DNA of 63,406 bases, the filler included, from Reticulomyxa filosa (taxonomy: Eukaryota; Protista; Foraminifera), in NCBI GenBank assembly GCA_000512085.1. It is 21 parts of 21 records of this genome, joined end to end, with 100 filler letters (N's around TTAATTAATTAA, not from the genome) between each part and the next. Parts side by side here need not be neighbours in the genome. Positions count along the whole stretch, not along the records: positions 1 to 9,150 come from ASPP01021234.1; positions 9,251 to 16,840 come from ASPP01006839.1; 19 more parts are not named here. One strand, given 5' to 3'. Shown here one piece after another: positions 1-11,674 of the stretch (position 1 is its first letter; every line of letters begins with the position of its first letter). Made by a program: the position numbers and the translations under genes. The notes below the pieces were generated by a model, which searched no databases, was not told the origin of the DNA, and saw only the letters and a program-made list of their open reading frames with translations.

Positions 1-69
1 AATTTTAATTTTAACGCTTTGAAGTCACCCAAAAAAAATTAAAAAAAACATTATCATCAACTTGTTTAC

Positions 70-650
70 CGATTCAATTCGATCTTGCATACGTGTCATA
101 AATCCAAGCACTTTTTCATCATCGGCAACGACACGGGTTTCTGATCCTTCGACAGGTAACTCCACACAGTCCATTACTTCGCGTTGCAATTGTAAAGTAT
201 ACAACAACACAACAGAAAAAAAAAGGATTGTTGTAATGTTGAAGTTTTTCTTGTCTTTGTCTCTCCTCTTCTCTTTTTTTTTTTGCCCTTCCCCCTTTTT
301 TACTTTTAACCCCTCTCTTATCAAATTAAAAAAATTCATTAACTGACTAAAGTGTTACCGTCAGGTCTCCCCATCAATAACCCCATAACCTCGGTTGGCA
401 AACCACCTTTCTTTCGACCTTCGTGCACACCTTGAACTGCATGCCTCACCATTTTCGTTGCTGCCAACACATTGATTCTCACATTTTGGAAATATTTGGG
501 ATCATTTTTCCATGGCTTGTCTTTGTTCTGCTGGTCGATTTTCTTGTCGTCGTACACATAGATACTGTCTTGGAAAGGAATCTCATCCTCTCTTTGTTTC
601 ACTTCGTCTTTTCCTGGTTTTTTGTCTTGTTTATTATTATTTTTGGCCAT
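70..650 (-). CDS. CSN5: COP9 signalosome subunit 5 (MPN/JAMM), 5' part; exons 650-344 and 176-70, continues beyond the window start
   Basis: KPWKNDPKYFQNVRINVLAATKMVRHA...[32 protein letters not shown] matches the CSN5 N-terminus. A GT..AG intron at 343-177 restores the frame. Confidence 0.9.
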
Positions 651-1689
651 TATTCTTCTTTTCTTATTTGGCGGGATCAAAATAAAATAATGGATCCTCT
701 TTTCTAAAAAAAAAATCCTTAAGCTTTATAAAATGATAATGTATACACCACTATTTAATGTGCGCAAGTAAGTCAGCTTAATTTTTAGTGGAAATGAATT
801 AAGATTTTTTTCTTTGTAAACTTGAAAAATGGAAGCGCTTATTTCTGTGGTTCAAATGCAAGATAAAAGAGTATTTTATGGATGAAAGATGCACGTTCGA
901 CAAATTATTACTGCATATTCATTGCCATAACCATATTGGCTTCAATCATCAGCCAATATTTATCATAATGCTATATTTCATTGTGAAAATGGCAAGCATG
1001 TCAATTTGCAGCCACAATAATAATAACAATAAAAAAAAAATTTTCCAATCAATTTTTTCGTTATGAACTTTGTGTTACTTTTTCTTCCTTTCTAATCGAT
1101 CACCACAAAATTTATTCACATTGGTTCAACCAAAAAAAAAACAAAAGAAAGAAAGAAGAACAAAGAACACAAAAAACCAAAAAAAAACAAACACCCCAAT
1201 ACCAACAACATAGACGAAAACGTAGTAATTTTTTTTTTTAAAATGGATGGCATTACTCATAATTTTGTGTGTTTGTTTAAATAAAAAAAAAGCAAAACAA
1301 AAACAAGAGCTTTAGTTTGTTCAAGAACAAACATAAAAAACAAAAAAATGGAATTAATATATTTTATATTGAAAAGTGTGTTCACTGATTTTCAAAATTT
1401 ACAATTTTTTTTAATTGATATAAAAATGTGTTTATTTGCAAATTGTACAATACTTTTTTTTTTTCCAATTAATTGATTGGTTCTGGTTGTTGTTCTTTTT
1501 TTTGGAGTTATAATTTTTGTGTCCCTCCCCGTGCATGGTTCGCTCCCAAACGTCCCTACCCTCAATTTCTGCTCCTCTCTCCCAAAACAAGCACGTGACA
1601 ATGCGCACACACACGCTCACACAACCCTTTTAGACCCTTCACACATACGATTTCGGGGTAACTGTTTATGTTCCCCTTTCTCTATTATA

Positions 1690-2228
1690 CTATTGTATCA
1701 GACAGCAGCTACATGTCTGTTCATTATTAGGTGACTCGCCTTCGCTGAAGGATTGTGTTCGGGATGGGTCCCAATGGGGCACTGTGTGTACTGTTACTCT
1801 TTCATCAAACTGGACATTCATTATATTACCGTTTTGCATTCGTCCAACCGTTTTTGGATTATCTGGTCCCGCGACACAACTGCCAAGTCCACTCACAGTT
1901 CCGTTGTCAGTGTTGTTATTTGTATTGTCGCCGACTTGTTTTAACACAAATAAACAGATCAAAAAAAAAATGCACCTTTTTGTACACTTTAAAATTTTAT
2001 TATATTTAATGTGGTAACGTATACTTTTTTTTTTGGAGAAAAAAAGGGGATGATAAAAAAAAGAAGACAAAAATTGGTACAACTTTTTAACACACAACGT
2101 TACAAGACGTTCTCATAGATACCTTGACTATTTCTCGCAGGTGTTGATAATTGAATCGTCCCTGTACTGTTATTGTTGTTGTTGGTGTTAGTTTCTTCTT
2201 GAGTTGACGCTTGATTTGATTCCGACAT
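1690..2228 (-). CDS. Small (~116 aa) protein with C-terminal CaaX box and RVxF-like motif; exons 2228-2123 and 1934-1690
   Basis: A phase-1 GT..AG intron joins MSESNQAST...NSQ to VGDNT...NVQFDERVTVHTVPHW...TCSCCLIQ*. Confidence 0.65.
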
Positions 2229-3501
2229 TTGAAGGGTGAAAATGAGTTGTTACAAATCGCAAACTGGCGCTCGAGTTCAATACAAGTTTTTCCAAAAATA
2301 AAAAAACAAACCATCAAAGTTCAAATTACTACTAATGTGTTGAATAGTACTTTTTTTCTTTTTTGGAAATGATGTACTTTCCAAAAAAAAAAACACCCTT
2401 TTTTCACTTTTGTCTTTTTTTAGTTTCAATCGAACGTACGAAAGATAAAGTTGGTTTTCAAATAGAAAAACTTTAAAATACAAATGTATTGAAAACTTTT
2501 CATTAAAATTGTTGATTACGTTTTTTTTGGCTTGTTAAGGAACTGTAAAAAAATCCTTTTGTTGTTTTTAAAGAAAGACAACAGACATTAATATGGCGAA
2601 TCCACTTGCAACAACATCAAAAGTAAAACAAATCTCAAATGTTGCCACTCACACACTTCTCAATTTCAAACGCTGTGCAACACGACCAGTTCTTGAAGTC
2701 TTCTAACCGCATCAAATCTCGTGAGCCAGCCAAGGAGTCCGCATGTATCATGATAATGGGCCTGCTGTGCTGAGCCTTTCTGGTTTTTTTAATGACCACT
2801 CTTTTTTTTTCCTTTAAAAAAATGCGAACAATGGCAATACAATAATAACAATAATAATGACATAGAATATACCTTAGTAATAGTCCCACCTTGCCATCTA
2901 TGCCCAAATCATATCTAGTCTATGAAAAAAATGCATTGATCAGTCAGTCTTTGTTTGAAGTTTTTAATCAGCTATCAAAGAATCATAATATTGATGAGAT
3001 TCTCAAAGTTGCTTTTTTTTTTGCGTCTGGTTTTAGGGTGTATACCTGCTCTCTGACACACTAAAATTTATCATTCTTTTCTCATCATCAGTGTTTCTTT
3101 TTACACTATCCATTCCCCGTTTTTGGTTCTGCAAAATGAGAAAAGAAAAAATCTGATGACGGTAAAAATGAAAACGCTCAAAAGAACATTTATTTAATTA
3201 ATTTAACACTAGAAAAATGGTAGAGGCTCTGCCACCACAAAAAGAAATTCCCTTCTAGTATTTCTATCCTTTAATAAAAAATAGAGTTATTCTAAAAAAT
3301 GTCTAGTATCTGATATTATCTAAAAAATGAAGAAAGGTATTAAAATATGTTCGATCAAATACACAAAGGAAAAGCAATGTGTACTTTTAGCCTCCAGGCT
3401 TTGTCGACTAAAAAAAAACTTTTTAATAAAAAAAAGTACTCCGTTGTCTGTATTCTGAAACTTTTATTTCCCATTCTTTGCCTTGACGAGTCCATCTACA
3501 A

Positions 3502-4536
3502 ATGGCTTGTGGTAAGCTTATTTGCTCGAATATCTATCTCGGAGTGGCTCCATGAGATAAAAACGGTGTGACTGTATGTGTGAACAGGTGTTGTGAGTAA
3601 TCGCAAGGAATTTAAGATTTTAGTAGAAAATGAAAAGGATGGATACGAAATTGGTGTAACTGTTAATGGAGATATGAAAGTAAAGGAAGTAAAAAAAGTA
3701 ATGGCAGATGTGATGAAATCAACATTGGATTTTCCTTTATGGACAGCCAGAGGAATGTTGACGGATGAAGATGTAAGCAATAAAAGAAAAATATTTATTT
3801 TTTTAAGTCTTAAATCTATGTTTTATCTTACTTTTAAGATATGTCTGTGCAAACATTTATATAAACCAGAAAACATTAAAAGACTATCAAATCGATTCAA
3901 TGACAAAGTTTTTTGTCTTCCCAAAACAGAGCGTTCAGTTTTTTTGTTATATTGTTATTATTTTCATTAATGAGCTAGTAATTTATCTGTTTAAATACAT
4001 TTCTTCAGGCGACGCTACACTGGTTGATGTGTGGCACGAAACTCGAAATAAGAGACAATCGAGTTGTAAACTTTAGAGGATGCCGCGGAAGTTGCTTTGG
4101 AAGTGATGAAGTCGTTGAAGGTCAATGTTTTGAGTGGGTAGTGAGATACGCCGATCAAGGTAAAAGATGTTGTCAAGAAATAGGTATTGCAACAGATTGC
4201 AAACAATTAAACGAGTATTTATTTCATCGAGAAAAATGGAGTGTTATTTATTCTTCTTTTGGAATCGGAGCCTCAATACACTCTTATCTGTCTGACTCTC
4301 ATAGAGTATCTAAAAAAGTGTCTAAGACCATTGAACCTGGAGACATGATTCGAGTGATGTTGGATTTGAAAAACAAGCCCTTTAGTGTCTCTTTCTTCAA
4401 TCCGAGTTGGGAAACTGTCCCCATCTTTACCGAAACGAACTTACCAGCTGGGAAAAAAACTCTAAAATATCGACTGTGCTGTCATCTTGACAAAGAAAAG
4501 CAGTCATTCACTGTTGTTTCAGCTCGATGTTTGTAG
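3502..4536 (+). CDS. Ubiquitin-like domain + SPRY/B30.2-like domain protein (about 4 exons)
   Basis: Spliced UBL: FKILVE...VKEVKKVMAD...MLTDED|KTLKDYQIDSMTKFFV. The last exon has EIGIATD...IEPGDMIRVMLDLKNKPFSVSFF, a SPRY-like pattern. Confidence 0.65.
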
Positions 4537-6026
4537 TTTTTCTTAAGTTCTGTATCATTGCTTGCAAAAGTAGCGCGGCATGGTACATTTGCAGCCACGT
4601 TTGTTGTTCTTTTTTTTTTTTTACTGTTTTGCCTTGCTTTGCTTCCTTTAAAGCGAAAGGAAATTTGAAATCTCTTTTTTTTCACTGACAAATTTATTTA
4701 TTTCTTTCGAATAAACACAAAAGTGCTCAGAGGAATTCAAAAACAAACACTTTTTTTTTTTCAAATTGAAGAGAATTAGACAAATAAAGATCAATTGAAA
4801 ATACTGTTGATATAAGTCCATGGTTGCTCTTTTGATAAATGAGAATCATCAAAACAATGTGGTTGTATTTGCAGATTCACATTTTTTACTTTTTTTTTGT
4901 ATTCAGGACAAAAAGCCAAAAATCTCTTGTTTGAAATTATATGTACTTTTATAATTGATAATGCTAGTTACTTATGTTTTTATTTTTATAAATAAAATAA
5001 ATTTATTCAAAAGAATAACTTCTAAATCACTTTGTGAACAAATTTCAAGACAAATCTCAAAGTCCATTGAATTGTGAAATCAACTACATTCTTACATTAC
5101 TAATCAAGTTCGCAACTTTCAAACATAACATCGACCTTGCACTATGTCGTCCCGCTGATGTAATGCTTTGTTTGTTTATTATGTGTTTTTGTGTTGTTTT
5201 TTTGGAGGAAAAAATGATGTTATAGAGTAAATGAAGAAAATGATTATTTTTCTTAGTTATCACTAATATGGTAACAAATCCAACAACCAATATCCAAAAA
5301 GGCTTTATTCTGCATATTTTTGTCTAGAATCTAGTAAATCTACATTTACGGCGATTATAGTGCTAACTTTACGTTGGACTAAACCTTGACGTTCAGTTGA
5401 TGCTTTGAATGTTCGCAGATCAAAAAGGTACTTTTATCATTTATTAAAAAAGAGAAACATAAAAATTAAAATAAATTATGCAAATTTTAATCTGAATTTA
5501 AAAATTAGATTATAAAAACAGTTTTGAAACTTCCAAAAAAAAAAGGACATAGCTTGATTTTCTTTTTTTTTAATTACCCTTTCTTGAGAGGCGCGAATGT
5601 ATGACTAAACCCTTTAACTTTGAGCAGAATGATTGTAGCTCTTAGAAAGCACTAGATATATCCCTTCACGAATATCAAATCTGTCGTTTCCTCATTGAAT
5701 GGAATCCATCGTTTTGACATTGGTTTTGTAGTTCACATAGTGTCCATTAAAAAATTTACTGTCAAAATAATGAACATTTATTCGGCAAAGTGGAATTTGA
5801 TGAAACAATATTTATGTGTAGTCGCTTTTTTTTATGTAGTATCTAGTTTGAAAAATGCCATTTTAGTCTAATCACATCAAATAAAATATTGGTAATTATC
5901 ACTAAAATCTGCAACAAGTCGAATTATTTTTTCAATTGAAGTTTTTCCAATAAAAATCTAATTGTTTTTTCAAAGGGAAAAAAGGGTGCGAATTTCAAAA
6001 AATTTAACAAAATAAAAGTCTTTGCC

Positions 6027-8234
6027 ATGACCAATCGCGATGAATCACCAGTCACCCCATTGGCTGAAGAGCCGTCAACAAGTTGGGCAGATGCTGAGAA
6101 GGAGACCGACTTGCAGAACAATAAAGCGGGACGAACGCAGATCGAGGACAATGACGATGAAAATGAAAAGCGATCAACGCCCGATCTGACCCTTGAGAAT
6201 TGGAGAAGCGTATTGAACGATTCTGACAATGCAGTTTAGAACAAACAAGCAAAAAAAAATGTATATATGATGTGTATACACATGCATACCTACATATGCA
6301 TATACATATACGCATATATGCAAAAATATTAATAACAATGAACATCAGGCATCTCAGCTAATCCCTTACTTGGAAGCCTTTGCACTGCAAAATGGCACGT
6401 TGAAGAGAGAAGTAGAAGCATTGAAAGAGAAATTGCGTGAGTCGAAATCCACGCATCGAGGATCGATTTTCGCGTTGCATAACAAAATGTTACAAAAACT
6501 GCTTGTTACCGAACAAGAGCACGAAGACAATGTTTCGTACTGTTTTCACAAATCACTATTCTTTTTATTTTTATTTATTTTTTATTTTAATTTTTTTTTA
6601 TCAAAATAATAACAATAAAATAGATTGAAATAAATGCACGGAAAATGGCAGAGTTGGAAAAAAAAGTGCATATTTATGAAGAAATCGACCGTGGTGCTGA
6701 CATTAACAAAACTCTTCAGACATTTTTTACACAGGAGAAACAACATTTGGAAAAGGTATTTTTTTCCCCCTCCCCCTTTTTATTTTTATTTTTTAAAAAG
6801 GGAGCCAAGAGTGGTGGTTCATTAAAAAAAACAAAAAAACTTTGGAAAAAATTATTGAAAACAGATTCAAGAATTAGAAAGAACGAATCGAGACTTGGAG
6901 GAGGCATTGAAAATCGAACAGATAAAAGTGGAAGGGGCGAACAGCGAGAGACGACAATCGATGACGACGTTGCAAGACCAAATGTTGAAGCGATTGATGA
7001 AGGCGGAAGAGGAAAGCGAAAGCACGATTCTGACGTTGAGGAATCGCATCGAAGAGCTGGAGAATCAAGTTAGCCAAGAGCGATTCAAAACGGAAGAAAT
7101 GGATAAAAGCCGAAGGGCGTCAATCTCCACTTTGCATTCGAATATGACACGAGAACTACTTGATGCCAGATCTCAACATGAACAGGCCAAAAAAGAATAC
7201 AATTCGCAAATCAAAGAGTTAAAACAGCAGATCAAATATTTGGAATTACAAAATTCCACGTTAAAACAAGAATCCAAACATTCTCAGGTATCTTATTTCA
7301 TCTTTTTTTTTTTGTGCATTTATGTATGTACACATATGTATATAAATATAGCAATCCAATGGCGAATCTTCTTCACAAGATTGGCAGTCAAAATATCAGA
7401 CCTTAGTTGGGTGTACATGTTTTCCTCTCGCTTTTTTTTTTCTTTCTTTCTATCTCCCTCCAATCTTGAATTACGTAAGTGTACCTTTGGTAAATAGGAA
7501 AAAGAAGTGCAGCACTTAAAATATGAGTTAAAACGGAGCCAAGAAGAAGCATCCCAATGTTTGACTTTTTTTTTTTTTTTTGATATTGCTGTCTTTAACT
7601 TACAATGCAATTTTTGTATATGTACATATATAATGTGTCTGTGTGCGGGATGTCCATTTGGATAGCGAGCGGTAGACCTCAAGTAATGAATGGGCTGGTG
7701 GACACAGAGGAAAAATACGGGGAAGAAATAAACAGTATGCGTGCAAAAGTGAATACATTGGAGGAAGAAAAAAAACAACTTACAAAGCAAATGCATGCGG
7801 AAGAGCATAAACGAAAAGCATCCAACGCAGAACTTTCATCTTCCATGTTTCAAAAGGTGTTATTCGTTGAACAAGAAAAAGAACTGGAAAAAATAAAATA
7901 TGAACTACAGATTCAAGACTTACAAAAACAATTGGAAGAGTTGAAAACAGGGGGACCTCGACGTGCGAGTGAGATCCACAAGTCTATGTTCACATCATTG
8001 TTGGAAGCTGAAGAGGAGTACAATACTGCTAAAAAAGATTGGGAACAGCAAGAGTTAAAATTCAAAAATGATATTCAGCTTTTGATGAATGATAAAAATG
8101 CTTGTCAACATGAAATCGCTTTGCTTAAGAAATACGCCCACGATTTGGAAATTTCCAAACTCGAAATGGTTGACCAATGCAATCGCCAACTCAATTTCTT
8201 ACGCGATGGCATACGCGTCTTGGGTCACAAGTAG
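6027..8234 (+). CDS. Multi-exon coiled-coil protein with repeated RRxS-helix module
   Basis: Successive E/K/Q-rich ORFs (6027, 6370, 6645, 6895, 7605) separated by GT-AG introns; stop at 8234. Confidence 0.8.
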
Positions 8235-8770
8235 TCTATCTAAAAACTACTCTTAAAAAAAAAGAATCTCTTGGGGAAAGAAATAATGGTGCTTTTTTTC
8301 ATTTTTTGTCTTTTTTTTGTACAGAACGCGGATTGTCGTCATTTGTTTTTTGTTTCGTTTTGTGTTTTGTTTCTTGCTCTATTTTTGGAAAGATCTTTTT
8401 TGTTTTTTTGAGGTCTGTTTTTTTGCTTTTTTGTTTTGCTTTTGTCTCTTTGCAAAACGATGGTTGTTTCAAAAAAGAGAATTTTGTTTTTAACTTCAAA
8501 AATGAGTTTGTTGTATGCTGGAAAAACAAAAACAATTGCTTCAAAGCTTTTTGAAGACTGGATGGCTTCTTTTAGGATCATGTTTGTCACTTGTTGTTAT
8601 TAAATTCCACACTTCATTGTGCTTTTTTTTATTAAAAAACTTCGGAAAACTGTTATTGATATATTTGTGAAAAAAATTAGCTAACATTTTTAAAATCGTG
8701 CTGAGTTTTGGATGAAGATAATTATAATATTATGTATGGGGAAAAAAAGGATGCGCATTTCGACATTTAA

Positions 8771-9090
8771 TTAGTTTAGCTTATCTGTTTCTTGCAGCCA
8801 ATCAAAGAGGATTTGGTTGAAAAACTTGCCGTTATGATCATACATCAGCCAATGGGAATGATCTTTCAGGAAGATATAACGGTTGGGTTTTTGTTGCATT
8901 TTTTGGGCAAATTGTGGTGAGTGGAATTTGAATGGAGTTTTGTCTCCATAAAAAAACAAGAATGGGACATTGAAGATATTGCCTTTTTTAATACCGATTT
9001 CTTTGGCACCTCCAGTGAAAATTCTCCACCACAAATAAAAGTATAAGTAGTTCATTCCGGCATGGATTTCTTTCGCTCTGGGAAATTGAG
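8771..9090 (-). CDS. Alpha/beta-hydrolase fold protein, last exon (partial)
   Basis: NVPFLFFYGDKTPFKFH...DHSHWLMYDH...FNQILFDWL resembles the C-terminal catalytic-His region of epoxide-hydrolase-like enzymes. Confidence 0.6.
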
Positions 9091-9150
9091 GAAGAAAGGG
9101 AAACATACAAACAAATGCATTTTCAACATAAATACATATTATAAATTTTT

Positions 9151-9250
9151 NNNNNNNNNNNNNNNNNNNNNNNNNNNNNNNNNNNNNNNNNNNNTTAATT
9201 AATTAANNNNNNNNNNNNNNNNNNNNNNNNNNNNNNNNNNNNNNNNNNNN
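9151..9250. other. Artificial contig linker (first of 20)
   Basis: N-run + ttaattaattaa (stops in all six frames) + N-run, 100 nt. The same linker occurs at 16841, 18537, 20067, 24041, 25709, 28586, 30245, 33440, 36409, 37667, 39017, 43594, 50207, 51609, 53111, 56598, 57698, 60355 and 62035. Confidence 0.98.
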
Positions 9251-10315
9251 AATTTTGAAACCTTTTTTTTGATTATTTGAAATTTTTTTAAAAATTTTTA
9301 TTAAAAATTTGTTTTTTTATAATATTTTTACCATTTTGTTTGTTTTCTTTGTGCATTGATTACAATTTCAATTCTCATTGGCATTGACTCAACTATATCT
9401 TAGCGAAGAAATTTGAAAAAATATAGAAAAAACTGTCAATTAACTACGTCGTCTTTACATGATGCTTACATGCCACTTTCTCTCCTTTGTACGCTTGGAT
9501 CATGTGATCGCATTTGATCGTCGTTGGCACTGTTGTCGCTTGACATAAATTGCAATACTGCCATTTGTGCTGTCAAGTCTTGCATTGCCATTCGGACTGA
9601 TCCCAACTTAAAATGACTCTTGCCTCGTACTATGTCGCTGGCCACTATGGATCGTCCAAATGACTTTACATAATCTTCTATGCTAATGACAACATCCGAC
9701 TTAAAACTTTGTTCACTAACTGTAAATTTGACAACAACTTCACATACGTCACGCCGATTTGTCGCGTTCCTCTCTCATGGCGAACATATCTTCGCTTCAG
9801 AAGACTCAATCTTGACATGATTTGGTCAAAACATAAATAGTTTTTTTTTTTATGATTCGTTCCCCAAAACAGTGGGTGCCAAAAACAGAAAGTAGTCCGC
9901 CCTAGGAAATCCAAAGAAGCCAAAATAGAAAATAATTTAATGCTGCCAGAAAAACGATGATCCAACTTTAGAATCATTATAACCCTACGATGGTTTATAC
10001 TACATCAAACTAAATTCAATAGACGGCAAATTACAAGTTTGCTTAAACAACAAGATAGTTTTATCTTTATCATTGTAATATTCAAGTTGTTTTTATTCAA
10101 TAAAAATCTTCTATTCAGAGATCAATCTAGGTACCTAGTGTCCACTTACATTTAAACATTATTGTAATAGACCAGTTAAACTTTCGTTTGCTACTGACAC
10201 GAGCCCAATTTAGTAAAAGGGCTTTAATTTAGTAAAAAAACTATCATATTAGGTATAAATCATCCAAGACATTTTATTTTCAACTAATATTTATACATCC
10301 TCATTTTAAGACAAA

Positions 10316-11129
10316 ATGACTATGCGAAAATTGAAATGGCATGAAGAAAAGTTATTGAAGAAAGTAAATTTCGGGTACTGGAAGAAAGACGACCAGCTGA
10401 AAGAATGGGAAGTGATTCAACGTTATCATATCACACGAGAGGAATATTGGCGTTACAACCGTTTGGTGCGACAAACCCAAAAAATTGTGAGTCGGCTGCT
10501 CAAGCTAGAACAAAACGACCCATATCGTGTCAAGACCACCCAAGAGATGCTTGACAAATTGTGCCAACTTTATTTAAAACAACTAAAAAAGGAAAAAAGC
10601 CGAAAGTCAAAAAAGTTGCCAATACGAGGATATGTTGTTTCTCCCCTTTCCTCTTTCTCCTAACATAGATATAACATGGGCTTAATTCACGAAAAAAAAT
10701 ATCCTGACAATCTCTAAGCTTTCAGTTTCACAATTTTGCAGGTATGTTTTCTCTCCCTTTTTTTTTTGTTAAAATAACATTCGCTCAAGATCTCAATATC
10801 GCACATTGATACACAAAGACGACGCCTACCGACAGTAATGCTTCGCCTGAATATGGCAGATAATTTGAAAGATGCAGTTTCATTGGTGAAAGCAGGGCGT
10901 TGAGTAGATTTTTTATTTTTATTTTCAAAAAGTCATTTTGATTTTTGTCAGATTGTATTTTTTGTGTCTTAAAGATGTACGTGTTGGAGTTGAAGTTGTG
11001 ACTGACCCGGCATTTTTAGTCACTCGAAGTTCTGAAGATTTCGTCACGTGGACAGATACGTCCAAGATCAGACGTCATGTCATGAAATATAACGAAGAAT
11101 TGGATGATTATGCTTTGCTTGGAATTTGA
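10316..11129 (+). CDS. IMP3: U3 snoRNP protein IMP3 (4 exons; apparent frameshift in the A-run at ~10692-10699)
   Basis: [78 protein letters not shown] are all IMP3 signatures. Confidence 0.95.
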
Positions 11130-11674
11130 AAATACTTTTTTTTTGTCTTATTCATGAATTATTATCTTTATCAATGTTAATTATCACTCGTATTATTCCC
11201 TCTTCTGTTTCAGATAAAAAGTTGTATCCAGAGAAACATTTTCATTGACTTATTGGATTGCAAATAAATATTCAGACTAATTGTTATAGCCTCACACAGG
11301 AAGTACTTGCCACGTACGGCTTATGGCCTCGTAAAAAATGATTCATGGAGGGATTGAATTATACAAGCTACATTAAAATTAATTTTTTAAAAAATGAAAG
11401 AGTTGTCAATAATAAACAGTGTACATTATTTTGCTATTCTAAGTACATTACAAATCTGTTTTTAACAAAAGTATTAGCGTATTATTGTGTAATGTTAACA
11501 CATCAAGCTCTATCTCTTGTAAGATCTGTCAAAAAAATAATATCGAAACAAAAAGGGTAAGAGAGTAATCTACTAACAAAAGTTTAATTAAATAAAAGAT
11601 ATTAAATAAGACGTATCCACAAGAAAAACTGAAAAAATCAACAACTTATATTTTTTTAAATTAGTGAAAAAAAA

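Noticed and set aside
9151-9250. TTAATTAATTAA palindrome recurring inside N-runs, resembling a dispersed repeat or array
   Set aside because: Identical 100-nt six-frame-stop linker added to join contigs; not biological.
9443-9820. Possible small minus-strand gene upstream of IMP3
   Set aside because: GC-richer and partly open, but I could not build a consistent spliced frame or recognise a product.
10691-10700. Frameshift in IMP3 at an A8 run, possible programmed frameshift
   Set aside because: Similar shifts fall in homopolymers throughout the window (SET, NACHT, Sfi1-like genes). Homopolymer sequencing error is the simpler explanation.
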